Positions 29,582-39,939 of a stretch of DNA of 64,000 nucleotides are shown piece by piece. The DNA comes from a virus, in the IMG/VR virus record IMGVR_UViG_3300035210_000189, positions 1-64,000 of that record; one strand, given 5' to 3'. The position numbers and the translations under genes are program-made. Below the pieces are notes generated by a model, which did no database searches, was not told the DNA's origin, and worked only from the letters and a program-made list of their open reading frames with translations. Each line of letters begins with the position of its first letter. Position 1 is the first letter of the stretch.

Positions 29582-30475
29582 ATGAAAGCTTCCGATTTCA
29601 ACAAAAATTTTATCAAAGACCTTAAACTGCCGATTGCAGTCGATAAGGCTCCCTATTTTGAACATTATCTTGAACTGACCAGCCCTTACTATGGTTCCGT
29701 TGAAAAATACGAAACCTTTAAGCGTGACTTTGAATCGTTCGGTAGTCAATTCTTCTTTGAACACAACCGTAAAACAGTGAATGGCACACTTGATATGATC
29801 TCGGCTTCGCCTGAATACGCTCGTTTTAACGCAATGGATATGAGTGTGTTCAACAAAGAAATCAAAATCAGTGCAAAAGACCTTTACAAGTCGGATAAGG
29901 CTGATAAAAAGTTTTACAGTATTGATTTGGTTAAAGCCAACTTTCAGTCGCTGTTGCTTGTAGAACCAACCATTTTTGGTGGTCATACCGATTATGCAGA
30001 ATTTGCGATTAGTCGTGGTTTTAACGAATACATGCTCATCAGTAAAATTACTCGCCAAATCTTGTTTGGTAACTTGAACCCGAAACGTCAACAAAAGGTT
30101 CAATACTTCATGATGAACCAGATTGCTGATAAGTTGATTAAAGCCGGTGTGGATGTTTCGTGTGTGTATAGCCTTTCTTCTGATGAACTGGTCTTTGAAC
30201 AAGGCGACTACAAGAAAGAGGCCATTTTGGACGCTATTGCACCACTTGGTTATAATGTTCGTCTGGAAGCTTTCACGCTTCGTAAACCCTTTGATAAGCC
30301 TTTCTACGTGAAGGAAAGGGATGATGGTAGTGTAGAGTTTAAGATGGTTCCAACGGCTGTCATGGCTGAGTTCATTAAACGCTTTGAAGGTCGTGCTGTT
30401 GAGGATATTGACCTTTACTTCTACGATGAAAGTAAACGTCTTGCAAAATTCGTTGAACCTGCCATCGAAAATTAA
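29582..30475 (+). CDS. Protein with DNA-polymerase-palm-like motifs
   Basis: FYSIDLVKANF, SKITRQILFG and SLSSDELVF in motif A/B/C order; function inferred. Confidence 0.55.
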   Translation: MKASDFNKNFIKDLKLPIAVDKAPYFEHYLELTSPYYGSVEKYETFKRDFESFGSQFFFEHNRKTVNGTLDMISASPEYARFNAMDMSVFNKEIKISAKDLYKSDKADKKFYSIDLVKANFQSLLLVEPTIFGGHTDYAEFAISRGFNEYMLISKITRQILFGNLNPKRQQKVQYFMMNQIADKLIKAGVDVSCVYSLSSDELVFEQGDYKKEAILDAIAPLGYNVRLEAFTLRKPFDKPFYVKERDDGSVEFKMVPTAVMAEFIKRFEGRAVEDIDLYFYDESKRLAKFVEPAIEN

Positions 30476-30486
30476 TATTGATAGTT

Positions 30487-30513
30487 AAAAAAGCAGTCTT
30501 CGGGCTGCTTTTT
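30487..30513 (+). terminator. Intrinsic terminator
   Basis: A6-GCAGTC-TTCG-GGCTGC-T6. Confidence 0.8.
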
Positions 30514-30575
30514 TCTTTCCATAACTCTTATACTATGGTATAATCACTATCTTAATTAAACAAATAGGTGACAAC

Positions 30576-31286
30576 ATGATCGGTAGAAAAGCATATTTCC
30601 GTTATGGTAATAAAGTCATGGCTATTGAAGTCTATGCTGAGACTCCAGAAGCCTTTAAAGAGCGGACTGGCATTGATGTTATTGACCACACCGTTGCACA
30701 AGTCGCCAGTTTGGTTGATTATACAGGTGTTGTATCCGAAGTTCGTGTTGGAAAGTCTGTTGAAAAACTTCGTTATGCAGAAGGTATTGCAGAAGTCATT
30801 ACACGTCCAAGGTTGATGATGGCTCAACAAGATATTGATGATGCGATTGCTCGCTCGACCATTTCTTTGGAATTGAAACAAATTACCGACATTCCCGATA
30901 TGCCTGAACATTTCAAAGATTATTTGACTCCTTCATTCTATTTTGATACAGATGACCGCAAAGCTGGTAAAACAAGTTTCGTGGGGTTTGTTGAAATACC
31001 TAACGAAAACCATTTTATTTTGAATAATTTGATTACGTTGCATTCTGCTGCATTTAGTATGCCTGATAAAAGGGAGTTTGTTTCTGTTCATATTTTTAAA
31101 AGTGGAACTTTTGAATTTGACACAGAGAAGGACATTCTTGCAAAAGGTGAGTGGATTGTCTTGATTTATGGTGTTGATAACTATTCGTTAGGAAAACGCT
31201 TTCATACCGAACAGGAAGCAAATGATTTTGTTCGTCTTGGTTGGAAGATGGAACTTGAAAATGACTTGCTTTACTACAATTCATAA
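30576..31286 (+). CDS. Hypothetical protein
   Basis: AGGTG RBS; TGGTATAAT promoter; terminator 31302-31328. Confidence 0.75.
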   Translation: MIGRKAYFRYGNKVMAIEVYAETPEAFKERTGIDVIDHTVAQVASLVDYTGVVSEVRVGKSVEKLRYAEGIAEVITRPRLMMAQQDIDDAIARSTISLELKQITDIPDMPEHFKDYLTPSFYFDTDDRKAGKTSFVGFVEIPNENHFILNNLITLHSAAFSMPDKREFVSVHIFKSGTFEFDTEKDILAKGEWIVLIYGVDNYSLGKRFHTEQEANDFVRLGWKMELENDLLYYNS

Positions 31287-31401
31287 GTATTAAAATACGA
31301 CAAAAGGCTCATTAGTGGGCCTTTTTTTATTGACGATTTTTGATAAAAGTGGTATAATTCTTTCCAATAACTACCATATAAGGTAGTATGGAGGATGGAA
31401 A

Positions 31402-31581
31402 ATGCGTATGTTACTGTTGAAAGTTCTCATTGTTGTTAGCGTTTTGACACTTGTTGTAACGGGGAGTATTTGGGCTGCTGTTCTTTCAGTTGCCTTTGGT
31501 TCTTTGTTGGCATTAGAGAAAAATGAAGTTACACATTTGTGTCACAAACAATGCACTTATAAATTTAGCCAAAATTATTAA
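31402..31581 (+). CDS. 59-aa membrane peptide (not in ORF track)
   Basis: TTGACG-17-TATAAT (31330-31358), GGAGG RBS, hydrophobic N-terminal two-thirds. Confidence 0.55.
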   Translation: MRMLLLKVLIVVSVLTLVVTGSIWAAVLSVAFGSLLALEKNEVTHLCHKQCTYKFSQNY

Positions 31582-31593
31582 GGATATCAAACA

Positions 31594-31920
31594 ATGACTA
31601 TTCAATATATTATGACTCATGATGAATGGCTGGCCCATGTAGTTAGCTTGATTCCTGATGCTTGTGCCAAAGATGAAACCAAGGCTAATATTGCTTTTGA
31701 TTTGGCAATGGAGTTTGGTATTTTGAGTGGTCTTGTTCCAAGCGGTTGGTATCCTGATGAAGCTGTTGGTCATTTGGTGGATCGAGAAGAAGAAAAAGGC
31801 AATCTTGACGAAAGCGACCTTGTTGAATTTGATGCAAAGGTGGATGCTTATCATGACAAAATGAAAGCCAAATATGAACAAGAACAAGCCGAAGCGTCAA
31901 TTAAACAAGGAAATGTGTAA
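31594..31920 (+). CDS. Hypothetical acidic protein
   Basis: AAGGA RBS. Confidence 0.75.
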   Translation: MTIQYIMTHDEWLAHVVSLIPDACAKDETKANIAFDLAMEFGILSGLVPSGWYPDEAVGHLVDREEEKGNLDESDLVEFDAKVDAYHDKMKAKYEQEQAEASIKQGNV

Positions 31921-33080
31921 TGACTACCAGCACCAACCAACAAGTTGTTTCCATCGTTAATGCTCTGACCGATTATCTGTTTTCGGATAAATTCGATCAG
32001 AGCATTGTCGAGTTCAAAAAATATACACCCATCGAAGAACCTGTTGTCATGACAATGGAATTGATGCGGGCTGTCATTGATAAAACAGCGACACCTGAAC
32101 AACTTGAATTGGTCAACAAGTTGACAATGCAAACCATTCGTAAAGTTTCAGAAGAAGATGCAACCAATTCTCTTATTTTTAACATTGATGGATTTCGCTA
32201 TCATGTTAAACAATCAGTTAAGGACTACACTGTCTATTCAAAATATAAAGCTCCCGATTTTTCTGCACTTCCAGATAAATTTAAAGAGCCTCTTATTTAT
32301 GATGTTGATCTTATTCATGAGCGTTTCGTTGAATTGACTAGCCTTTATCCACAACAATCGTTTATTACCTTTACGAACAAAGATCGTTATAGTTCTAATG
32401 AGTTTAGTGAGTATGGCATTGCTCGCCTAAGCACTTACTATCCAGTTGCGTATGTTTCCAAAGACCTTCTTGATCTGTGTGATAAATTTCCAGAAGCTTT
32501 TAATGAAGAACAGCTTTCATTTATTGATGAGAACAAAAAAAGTAGTTTTCAGAAAGTAGAACGTTCCCAAAAAACACTGGAAGATGCTTTTAATGCATGG
32601 AAAAACTTGCTTCGCAAAAAGAAGGCTACTGCTGATAAACAGTTCGCTTTTAATGATTCTGACAACTATGCGTATCTTGAAGAAACAGAAACTCACCTGC
32701 TGATGTCACAGCGTAGCCAGAACACTTTGTATGCTTATGTCTTTGAGAAAGCCACTGGGCGTTATAAAGTTTGGAAAGCCGCCCGAGAAGTGAAAGCTGA
32801 GCATGATGATTTCTACTATTCTGAAATGGTTGAGGATTGTACGAATTATTTGGAAATGGCTCAGTATTATATTGGTTGTTCCTATGGGCCAACCAGCTAT
32901 CCAGTGATGATTGATCATAAAGGTTATGATAAGTCGGCTCTCTATTACCTTCATCACTTTGAAGATGATAATGGCTTGGTTTATGATTCATTGCGTGGTT
33001 TTAACCTGCAATCTAATGACGCTGGCAATCTTCTTAGTGATTTTGACCTGTTGCTGACTGTCATTCATCATTATAACTAA
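31920..33080 (+). CDS. Hypothetical protein
   Basis: 386-aa ORF coupled to the previous gene (TAATG). Confidence 0.8.
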   Translation: MTTSTNQQVVSIVNALTDYLFSDKFDQSIVEFKKYTPIEEPVVMTMELMRAVIDKTATPEQLELVNKLTMQTIRKVSEEDATNSLIFNIDGFRYHVKQSVKDYTVYSKYKAPDFSALPDKFKEPLIYDVDLIHERFVELTSLYPQQSFITFTNKDRYSSNEFSEYGIARLSTYYPVAYVSKDLLDLCDKFPEAFNEEQLSFIDENKKSSFQKVERSQKTLEDAFNAWKNLLRKKKATADKQFAFNDSDNYAYLEETETHLLMSQRSQNTLYAYVFEKATGRYKVWKAAREVKAEHDDFYYSEMVEDCTNYLEMAQYYIGCSYGPTSYPVMIDHKGYDKSALYYLHHFEDDNGLVYDSLRGFNLQSNDAGNLLSDFDLLLTVIHHYN

Positions 33081-33097
33081 TATATTTTGAAGATAAC

Positions 33098-33121
33098 AAA
33101 AAAGCCCGTGAGGGCTTTTTT
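33098..33121. terminator. Bidirectional intrinsic terminator
   Basis: A6-GCCC-GTGA-GGGC-T5. Confidence 0.8.
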
Positions 33122-34628
33122 ACTTATAAGGTAAGCATATATAGGCTGAAACGTCCCATTGTGTGTATTGGAAGGCTTGTCCACTTAGGAAGCCAAAAGA
33201 TCCCGCTTCACAAGAACAATTACCCGTATAAGGGTTTGCCACTCTGCAACCACCACCAAAGGTATTTAACCAATAAGCTCCACCTACTGTTGGTGAACCA
33301 CTTGGTTTCCATTGATAACCTTGGCAAGAGAATATTTTACCCGTGCTATCGGTACCAATTAAACCTATTTTTGCACAAGAACCGTTGCTGACAACTTTCT
33401 TTGTTGAATCGAAAAATTCGTTCGTTGTAATTCTTGAGTCAACTGTCAAATCACCTACCATATGGCTTTTTCCACCCACATCTAAGCTATTTTTAACCTT
33501 AATATCAGTTGTCGTCGTCAAGCCAGCAACATCTAAATCTTTTTTAACGTTTAAGAAGTTAGTATTGATTTGTTCAGATACGACATCGGTTGCATAAATA
33601 TTTCTAATGGTTCCATTATCTGCAGTGATTCCATTGGTGAGTTGATAAATGGTATTGGTACCGTCTAATTTTACCATTCCACATGGAGCTTTTTCACCAC
33701 TGTCTACTATTTGAGCACCATTATATTTGTAAACAATACACAACTTGTCTAAGAGTATTTCTTTTTGTGTTGTATAGTCTACTGCTACGTCTACCGTCAC
33801 TGGATAGCCAGTTTCTTTATGAATACCTACACCACAATCTACTACTCTTGATTCCCATTTAGCTGCATCGTCTACTTTAACCCACTTTACACATTGTTTG
33901 TTAGCTGATGTTCTTGTGTCTTTAAAGGTGACTGCAGATCCAACCATTGAGTTTTTTCCATCAATTCTTAAAAATTCAGCTCCACCACTTCTGTAGTATT
34001 CCGCAATGATTACACAGGCTGAACCTAACGTATAACATTTTGTTGAAGTAATCTTAGTATCAGGAGCAGCAGCATCCGCAAAATAAAAATTGTTAGATCC
34101 TGTTGTGCCTTCTTTGTTATTGTGTCTGGCTGACATTAACATCTTGTTAAGGTAGGGAAAGAGTTCTTTGAAACTGGCATCATTATCAAGTTTTAACATC
34201 ATTCTGAATGAGTTAACAAATCCTTCTGAATCAGTGCCTATTACCGCTTCTGGCTTGAAGCTGTACGGTATTCTTGCCCACAATCCACAGTCGATTAATT
34301 TAGCATCTTTTTCAGTGGCTAATTGTGGAACCCACCCGGAACCCTTACCACAATTGGCTGTTCTTGATATTAACTCTTTGGTTAATAAATCTTGTATGTT
34401 TGAATTATTCCATGTTGTACCATTTTTGAAGTTTGAGACATCTAAACCATCTATGCTTAGTCTTTTATCAAAGCCTTCTACAATTGATGATAATTCTTTG
34501 CCATATTGAACTGCGAATTGGTTTCTTTGTGCTTCCATCATCCAGTAAAAGATTCCTGTCACTATGACTAGGAGTATCGAAAGAGTCATTAACGTTTCAA
34601 ACAATGAAAGTCCTTTATTTTTTCTCAT
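33120..34628 (-). CDS. pilV: PilV-like type IV pilus minor pilin / tip adhesin
   Basis: Class III signal MRKNKG|LSLFETLM plus hydrophobic helix; GLIGTDSTGKIFSCQGYQWK resembles the PilV constant-end motif; Cys-rich tip NPYTGNCSC. Confidence 0.7.
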   Translation of the reverse strand: MRKNKGLSLFETLMTLSILLVIVTGIFYWMMEAQRNQFAVQYGKELSSIVEGFDKRLSIDGLDVSNFKNGTTWNNSNIQDLLTKELISRTANCGKGSGWVPQLATEKDAKLIDCGLWARIPYSFKPEAVIGTDSEGFVNSFRMMLKLDNDASFKELFPYLNKMLMSARHNNKEGTTGSNNFYFADAAAPDTKITSTKCYTLGSACVIIAEYYRSGGAEFLRIDGKNSMVGSAVTFKDTRTSANKQCVKWVKVDDAAKWESRVVDCGVGIHKETGYPVTVDVAVDYTTQKEILLDKLCIVYKYNGAQIVDSGEKAPCGMVKLDGTNTIYQLTNGITADNGTIRNIYATDVVSEQINTNFLNVKKDLDVAGLTTTTDIKVKNSLDVGGKSHMVGDLTVDSRITTNEFFDSTKKVVSNGSCAKIGLIGTDSTGKIFSCQGYQWKPSGSPTVGGAYWLNTFGGGCRVANPYTGNCSCEAGSFGFLSGQAFQYTQWDVSAYICLPYK

Positions 34629-34858
34629 ATTAAAATCCATTATTGTTATTTTCAATATTAAAATATTGATCTTATCTTTTAAATATAACATACAATAATA
34701 GATAATAAAGATTGTATTAGATTTTTTATTTTGGTTCTTTTTAGTGGTTATATTTAGACATTTACATATGATGATATTTCGTTTTTTTATTCATTAAAAT
34801 ATAGACAATTCTTCAATAAAATGCTATCATAATCCTTTAATTTCTAGGAATTTTACAC

Positions 34859-35290
34859 ATGTCAAACGTCTATAATGGTGGCATTTATACATTCTCTTTT
34901 ACATTGAGTGGTTCATTATCAATTGAAAATATTTCAGATTCTTTTTTTAAGAAACTTCATTCAAGCGACGACTTGAAGTCATTGCTCACAGACCATCAGT
35001 ATTCAGTTTATGAAACGATTCTTCTGTTTAAAGAGCATGAGGAAGAAGGCTATAACTATAAGACGATTGACGGACTAGAACGCATTGTTGATAATGAAGA
35101 CGGCGAATTCTCCATTGGTTTTGCATGCTCCAGACGATTCACAACCGATGAATTAAAAGATCTTTATGTTCATGTTGTTATCCCTATTATGATTGCTTCT
35201 GATGTCGCCTGTACGCCTACTGGTGGGTTTTCAGAGCACCATGAAGTTATTGAACGAACGTATCAAAATCATACGATTTCATTCTCTTAA
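34859..35290 (+). CDS. Hypothetical protein
   Basis: AGGA RBS; TAGACA..TGCTATCAT promoter. Confidence 0.7.
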   Translation: MSNVYNGGIYTFSFTLSGSLSIENISDSFFKKLHSSDDLKSLLTDHQYSVYETILLFKEHEEEGYNYKTIDGLERIVDNEDGEFSIGFACSRRFTTDELKDLYVHVVIPIMIASDVACTPTGGFSEHHEVIERTYQNHTISFS

Positions 35291-35349
35291 ACTGTTGAAT
35301 CTCCTAAATTTTGATGGTATAATTACCCCATATTTAGGAGACATCTTTT

Positions 35350-35592
35350 TTGAAATCTTCATATCAAAATCCTAGCTTTTTATTGCTTAAAGCACCTTAT
35401 TCTCTTTTCACTAAGATATCAGGTGCTTGCTATAGTAAAAAAACACTAATTTTGGGAACTTATCGTATTGTTGATGATAAAATCACGTATACTGATATTG
35501 AAAAGGGTGTCGTACACAGGTTGTTTGGGTTTCCTGTTTTAGCCCATGCTGGAAAGCTTACTGATGAGGATTGGAAGCTTATTATCTCTTAA
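35350..35592 (+). CDS. Hypothetical protein
   Basis: AGGAG RBS before TTG; TGGTATAAT upstream. Confidence 0.5.
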   Translation: MKSSYQNPSFLLLKAPYSLFTKISGACYSKKTLILGTYRIVDDKITYTDIEKGVVHRLFGFPVLAHAGKLTDEDWKLIIS

Positions 35593-35986
35593 CATTTTTA
35601 GGTATCAACCATTGGCTCATTTTATCAAAAATTATTTAATGCTCATTGAATCCCATGCTGGGATTTTTTTTATTGCCTTCTTCCTCTGTCTTGCAGTCTT
35701 TTACAATTTGCCTGAAAAAAGTGTATTGATGTTCTTCGGCGTCTTTAGTATACCGTTCGTCGTCATTCCATTTTTTTTCAAAATTCTATTGTTTTTCTTC
35801 GAAAAAAACGAGTTTAAATAGTTGATTTTTATGTTGTTTTTTAGACCTTAAAAAATATTGAAAAAAGATTAAAAAAGTTTGTAAGTTGTTGATTTATAAG
35901 GATTTAAAATCTTATTTATTTTTAGAAAAATTTGCTTTTTTGTTATTTTCTTGGTATAATACTCACACACAAACAGGAGAGCAAAT

Positions 35987-36196
35987 ATGACTATCAAAAT
36001 GAATACTGTAGAATCCAGCTCAATTTTTCAAGTTGGCTATCGTCGTCGCACTCTGCAAGTTCAGTTCAATTCCGGTCGTCTTTATGAGTTCCGTAAGGTG
36101 CCGCGTGCAACGTATGACCAACTTTTGAAGTCTCCATCGAAAGGTGAATTCTTCAACCGTGAAATCAAAGGTTCTTATGTAGAAACTGAGATTTAA
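35987..36196 (+). CDS. KTSC domain protein
   Basis: V.SS.I..VGY....L.VQF.SG..YEF..VP...Y..LL.SPSKG.FFN..IK..Y. Confidence 0.9.
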   Translation: MTIKMNTVESSSIFQVGYRRRTLQVQFNSGRLYEFRKVPRATYDQLLKSPSKGEFFNREIKGSYVETEI

Positions 36197-36290
36197 GGAG
36201 GGTTTATCAAAGGGCACTTCGGTGCCTTTTGTTATTATTGTAAATTTTAAAAATCATGCTATAATAGCTCAAATTTCGTAGGAGACTACC

Positions 36291-36617
36291 ATGTCCAATT
36301 CCAGTCCTTGTGTTGAATGTCCGTTCAAGCAATCTATTCCCGGTGATTGCCATGTGGCATGTGGTCATCCTGTGGCTAATGGGGAGCGTCAAATGATGCT
36401 TTTAATGATGGTGATGGCAGGTCAGTTAAGCACCATTGAAAAAGCTCTTGGTCTTACAATTAATCCACATGGGGCAGCTTCTGGTTGGGCTAACTTCCCC
36501 GTCAATTACGATCCAATCTGGGTGACTGGCACTTGTTCAATGCTGGAAAACTACAAGACGGCTTTGGCACTTCATCAAGAAAAACAAGCCGCAGAGCTTA
36601 TCCATAAAGAAGTGTGA
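36291..36617 (+). CDS. Cys/His-rich metal-binding hypothetical protein
   Basis: CVEC...PGDCH..C, HG...GW..FP.NYDP.W...C. Confidence 0.7.
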   Translation: MSNSSPCVECPFKQSIPGDCHVACGHPVANGERQMMLLMMVMAGQLSTIEKALGLTINPHGAASGWANFPVNYDPIWVTGTCSMLENYKTALALHQEKQAAELIHKEV

Positions 36618-37172
36618 ATGCTTATTACTACACCGTTAACAATTAAAGACTTGAGCGATCAGGTCTTTTTTGTTATAATGCGACTATCCAATTCCTATAA
36701 CGGCTTATTGACAATGAATGATGGTATTACTCACAAAGAACGACTTCATATTGAGAAGGTCGTAAACTTTGCTAAACATATTGATGACAATGGTTTTCAG
36801 CACAAAGTGGCTGCAGCGATTGTTTATAAAAATAAAATCATCAGTCTTGAACACAATGTCGATAAAAGCCATACCTTTCAAAAGCGTTTTGCTAAAAACG
36901 AACATGCCATTTTCTTTCATGCCGAAACCAGTGCTATTCATAAAGCATTAAAAATCATCGGTGCGGATAAGCTCAGCAAAGCTACGCTGCTGGTGGTTAG
37001 GTTGTCTTCGGTTAAGAGTAAGTATCGTCAACGACTGTTGCACCACACCTTAGCTACTAGCAAGCCTTGTGAGGGCTGTTCGTCGTGTATTAACCATTAT
37101 GGCATCAAGAAGGTTATTCACAGTGTTATCAATGGTTTTGAAGTGTACAATAAGTTAGAAATGGTTGCTTAA
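36618..37172 (+). CDS. Zn-dependent cytidine/nucleotide deaminase superfamily protein
   Basis: HAE and PCEGC motifs; true start probably ATG 36714. Confidence 0.8.
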   Translation: MLITTPLTIKDLSDQVFFVIMRLSNSYNGLLTMNDGITHKERLHIEKVVNFAKHIDDNGFQHKVAAAIVYKNKIISLEHNVDKSHTFQKRFAKNEHAIFFHAETSAIHKALKIIGADKLSKATLLVVRLSSVKSKYRQRLLHHTLATSKPCEGCSSCINHYGIKKVIHSVINGFEVYNKLEMVA

Positions 37173-37224
37173 ATAAAACTATTGTGTTATTATAATGTCT
37201 CAAAAATAAACTAGGAGTTCTGCA

Positions 37225-37815
37225 ATGAAGCGAATTATGTTTACCCTCATGTTGTTCCTCAGTATGAGTTTTGCAGCTTATGGAGCACCATCTAATACGG
37301 GTTGTAATATCTCAACCGATGGTCTTTCACCCGAAGTTGTAAAACAAATGATGGATCTTTGTGTAAAAGACAAAGAGAAACAAGCATCAATCACTGGGGT
37401 AGCGTCTGAAAATATCAAGAACCTTGGCGAGTTTGCTGCTGTCTCCAAAGCGTTTGCAAGTTCTCTTGGTGTTGCAGCTAATGAACTGGGTGTGGCCGTA
37501 AATACCTTTTTGGCTTCGCCTGCAGGTATGTTAACGGCTGGTGTGATTATTTGGAAAGTGTTTGCCATGAATATTCTTGGTCTTTTATTCATTCTCGTTA
37601 CTATTGGTATTTGGATTTTCATGTTGCGTGCTGTTATGACAGAAAAATTTGAAACTAAAATGGTTGAAGGTTGGGGTAAAACACAAAAAGAAAAACGCAC
37701 TCGTGTTTACATTGATTTTGGTGACCTCTCTGGTGAACGTGTAGGATCTCTCTTTGTTGTAAACGCTGTCCCAATTATCTTAATCATTATTATTGTGGCT
37801 AACATGATGCACTAA
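37225..37815 (+). CDS. Exported/membrane protein (phage-type)
   Basis: Signal peptide, AANELGVAVN.F..SP.G motif, TM helices. Confidence 0.75.
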   Translation: MKRIMFTLMLFLSMSFAAYGAPSNTGCNISTDGLSPEVVKQMMDLCVKDKEKQASITGVASENIKNLGEFAAVSKAFASSLGVAANELGVAVNTFLASPAGMLTAGVIIWKVFAMNILGLLFILVTIGIWIFMLRAVMTEKFETKMVEGWGKTQKEKRTRVYIDFGDLSGERVGSLFVVNAVPIILIIIIVANMMH

Positions 37816-37828
37816 TGATTTAATGATG

Positions 37829-37852
37829 AAAAGGCACTTAGGTGCCTTTTTT
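37829..37852. terminator. Bidirectional intrinsic terminator
   Basis: AAAAGGCAC-TTAG-GTGCC-T6. Confidence 0.8.
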
Positions 37853-38321
37853 AGTTTTGCGTTTTATTATTTTTGATTACGGTAAATCCTAATTTCACTT
37901 CTTTTTTAATACCTTGTGCCCTTTCAGCTAAAACAGCATTTACGTCAGCCAAATCATAATTAATTTCATGAATTACAATTCTTGTAGGGTTTAATTTTGC
38001 TCTTTTTTCTGCTGTATACTCAATTTTTTCAGATTCACTCATTTTAGCCATTTTGTCATATTCTTCATCAACTAATCGTTGGACAGAATTAACAACCATA
38101 TCATCAAAAGATTTTTTTGGTTGAGTTGGTTGAGCTTCTGATAAACTCATGTTTATCATGAGTGCAGTAGGAAGTGCAAGCCCAGCTATCAAGAGTTTAT
38201 GGTTAGCACAAAAACTTTTGAAACTTTGAAAAATCCCTTTTGTATTTTCAAACTTATCGGATTGATTAAGATTCTTATAAAATTCTTCTTTGAGTTCTTT
38301 TATCTCTGAGATCTTGGACAT
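37851..38321 (-). CDS. Hypothetical protein with one hydrophobic segment
   Basis: GGAG RBS. Confidence 0.7.
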   Translation of the reverse strand: MSKISEIKELKEEFYKNLNQSDKFENTKGIFQSFKSFCANHKLLIAGLALPTALMINMSLSEAQPTQPKKSFDDMVVNSVQRLVDEEYDKMAKMSESEKIEYTAEKRAKLNPTRIVIHEINYDLADVNAVLAERAQGIKKEVKLGFTVIKNNKTQN

Positions 38322-38482
38322 AATTTATCTCCATCATGAGTGTTATTTTTTACATTTTAACATATTAAAATAATAATTATAGAGTTCACCTTTAAAATTT
38401 GGTCGCACAAAGAATAAAAACATTGCTTGTTTATAGATTATTTGCTATAATTTAAGCCTATTAATTCAGTGAGAAAATAATT

Positions 38483-38677
38483 ATGTCTTTTTTTGAAGGT
38501 GGTGGTAAATCGCGGATTCATGATGATGTTGCTGATGTTCATAAACGTTTTGATGCGGCTGTTAAATCTGCCAAAACCGACAGTCAGAAGCGTAACCTTG
38601 AAATGGAACGTTCTGCGGCTGTAAGTGCTGTTTGTAAGCGTTATGGTCAATCTGGTCGTGGCGGTTTTCTAGAATAA
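38483..38677 (+). CDS. Small hypothetical protein
   Basis: TTGCTT-17-TATAAT promoter upstream. Confidence 0.65.
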   Translation: MSFFEGGGKSRIHDDVADVHKRFDAAVKSAKTDSQKRNLEMERSAAVSAVCKRYGQSGRGGFLE

Positions 38678-38705
38678 TATATTAAATCCGTTCACTTACT
38701 ATAAG

Positions 38706-38912
38706 GTGCTTAACATGTCGTATACGTTTGATGAAAAAAACAATGTCTATCTCATTGAAAGTAATCTTGAAGAAAACGATCTTTATGATGTTCTTTTGTC
38801 GATAGCAAAAGAGAATGATCTTATTGAAGCTAACCAAGCATCTGATTCTTCCCATATCAGGTTTATTTTATCAAATAACAGTGTTGATGTTGAGTTTTTA
38901 CCAGAAGAATAA
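38706..38912 (+). CDS. Small acidic hypothetical protein
   Basis: AAGGTG RBS; operon context. Confidence 0.6.
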   Translation: MLNMSYTFDEKNNVYLIESNLEENDLYDVLLSIAKENDLIEANQASDSSHIRFILSNNSVDVEFLPEE

Positions 38913-39500
38913 ATGGAGATTATTATGCGTAAAATAATGTTTACTTTGTTGGGCTGTTTGTTATTTTCTTCTGCTTTTGGTGAAGAATTTAAAAGCATTC
39001 GAGACTTCACCTATAAAGGTATTAGTTTTTCTTCGTCTATTGATGATTTGAAGGCAAAAGGTTTTTCTTGTGTTGATAAAACTTGTATCATGGGAGATTC
39101 ATTTTTTAAATATACGTCACCGGGATTTTTTTCAACTGAACAATTTGCTCGTAATGGTAAAACAGTGACTTTCCATGAAGGACATCCGCTTAAAATTACT
39201 ATTGATCAACTGTATCCTGATACTGGTGAAGAGTGTAGTGTTATTATTAAAGATATTAAAACTAGATTTAATGATAAATACAAAGCTGATATAACGTTTA
39301 GAACTTATCCTAGTCGTTATGGTTCTGCTACTGATTATGACACGCTGTTAGGATCTGTTAAATTAGGTGAAGATGTTTTGCGAGTTAATTTTTCTTGCAA
39401 TAAGATTCAAAACCCGACAACTTCTGAACGGTTGACATTCATTCACGCTCTTTTTCACTATGAAAACTTAGCATCAAGATTACTTATTGATGATATTTAA
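38913..39500 (+). CDS. Exported Cys-containing protein, family A
   Basis: Signal peptide; FTYKGISFSSS...L.AKGFSC...C matches 2247/2823. Confidence 0.75.
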   Translation: MEIIMRKIMFTLLGCLLFSSAFGEEFKSIRDFTYKGISFSSSIDDLKAKGFSCVDKTCIMGDSFFKYTSPGFFSTEQFARNGKTVTFHEGHPLKITIDQLYPDTGEECSVIIKDIKTRFNDKYKADITFRTYPSRYGSATDYDTLLGSVKLGEDVLRVNFSCNKIQNPTTSERLTFIHALFHYENLASRLLIDDI

Positions 39501-39570
39501 AAAAGCCTTCGCGGGCTTTTGTTTGTTTGCGTTATACCTGTCATTTAAATTTTAATAATGGAGAATACTT

Positions 39571-39870
39571 ATGACTGTAGATGATTTAAAAAAGTTTTTT
39601 TACGAGTATGGCGAAACTGATGAACCCCATAAATTCGATAGGATTCCAGTGAAATTTAGTAAGCGTGATGATCTTCATGCCTTCATTTTGCTGGATAACA
39701 TTATGCCTGATGGTCACACTATGATTTCAGCCGCTGAACACGATGAAATTTATTTGGATGTTGATATTGAAGAACTGGCAAAAGTAATTACCCAAGAACA
39801 GATTCTGGAATTGGTTCGTTGCGGTGTGTCTTTTGACGGTCATCATGACTGTCTATATATGTTCGTTTAA
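39571..39870 (+). CDS. Conserved phage-type hypothetical protein
   Basis: SKR.DLHAFILLD...SAAEHDEIYL...L.RCGV...C L.MFV; GGAG RBS. Confidence 0.75.
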   Translation: MTVDDLKKFFYEYGETDEPHKFDRIPVKFSKRDDLHAFILLDNIMPDGHTMISAAEHDEIYLDVDIEELAKVITQEQILELVRCGVSFDGHHDCLYMFV

Positions 39871-39939
39871 ATATAAGTTGATTAAAAGTGGCTCATTTGG
39901 TATAATGGGCCTTCTTAATTCACAGTAAGGTGTTTTACC

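Noticed and set aside
33120-33400. Shufflon
   Set aside because: Only one junction-like motif; no repeated sfx sites, alternative cassettes or recombinase seen
35546-35821. Possible small membrane protein ORF
   Set aside because: Phe-rich, low-complexity, no clear RBS; cannot be supported
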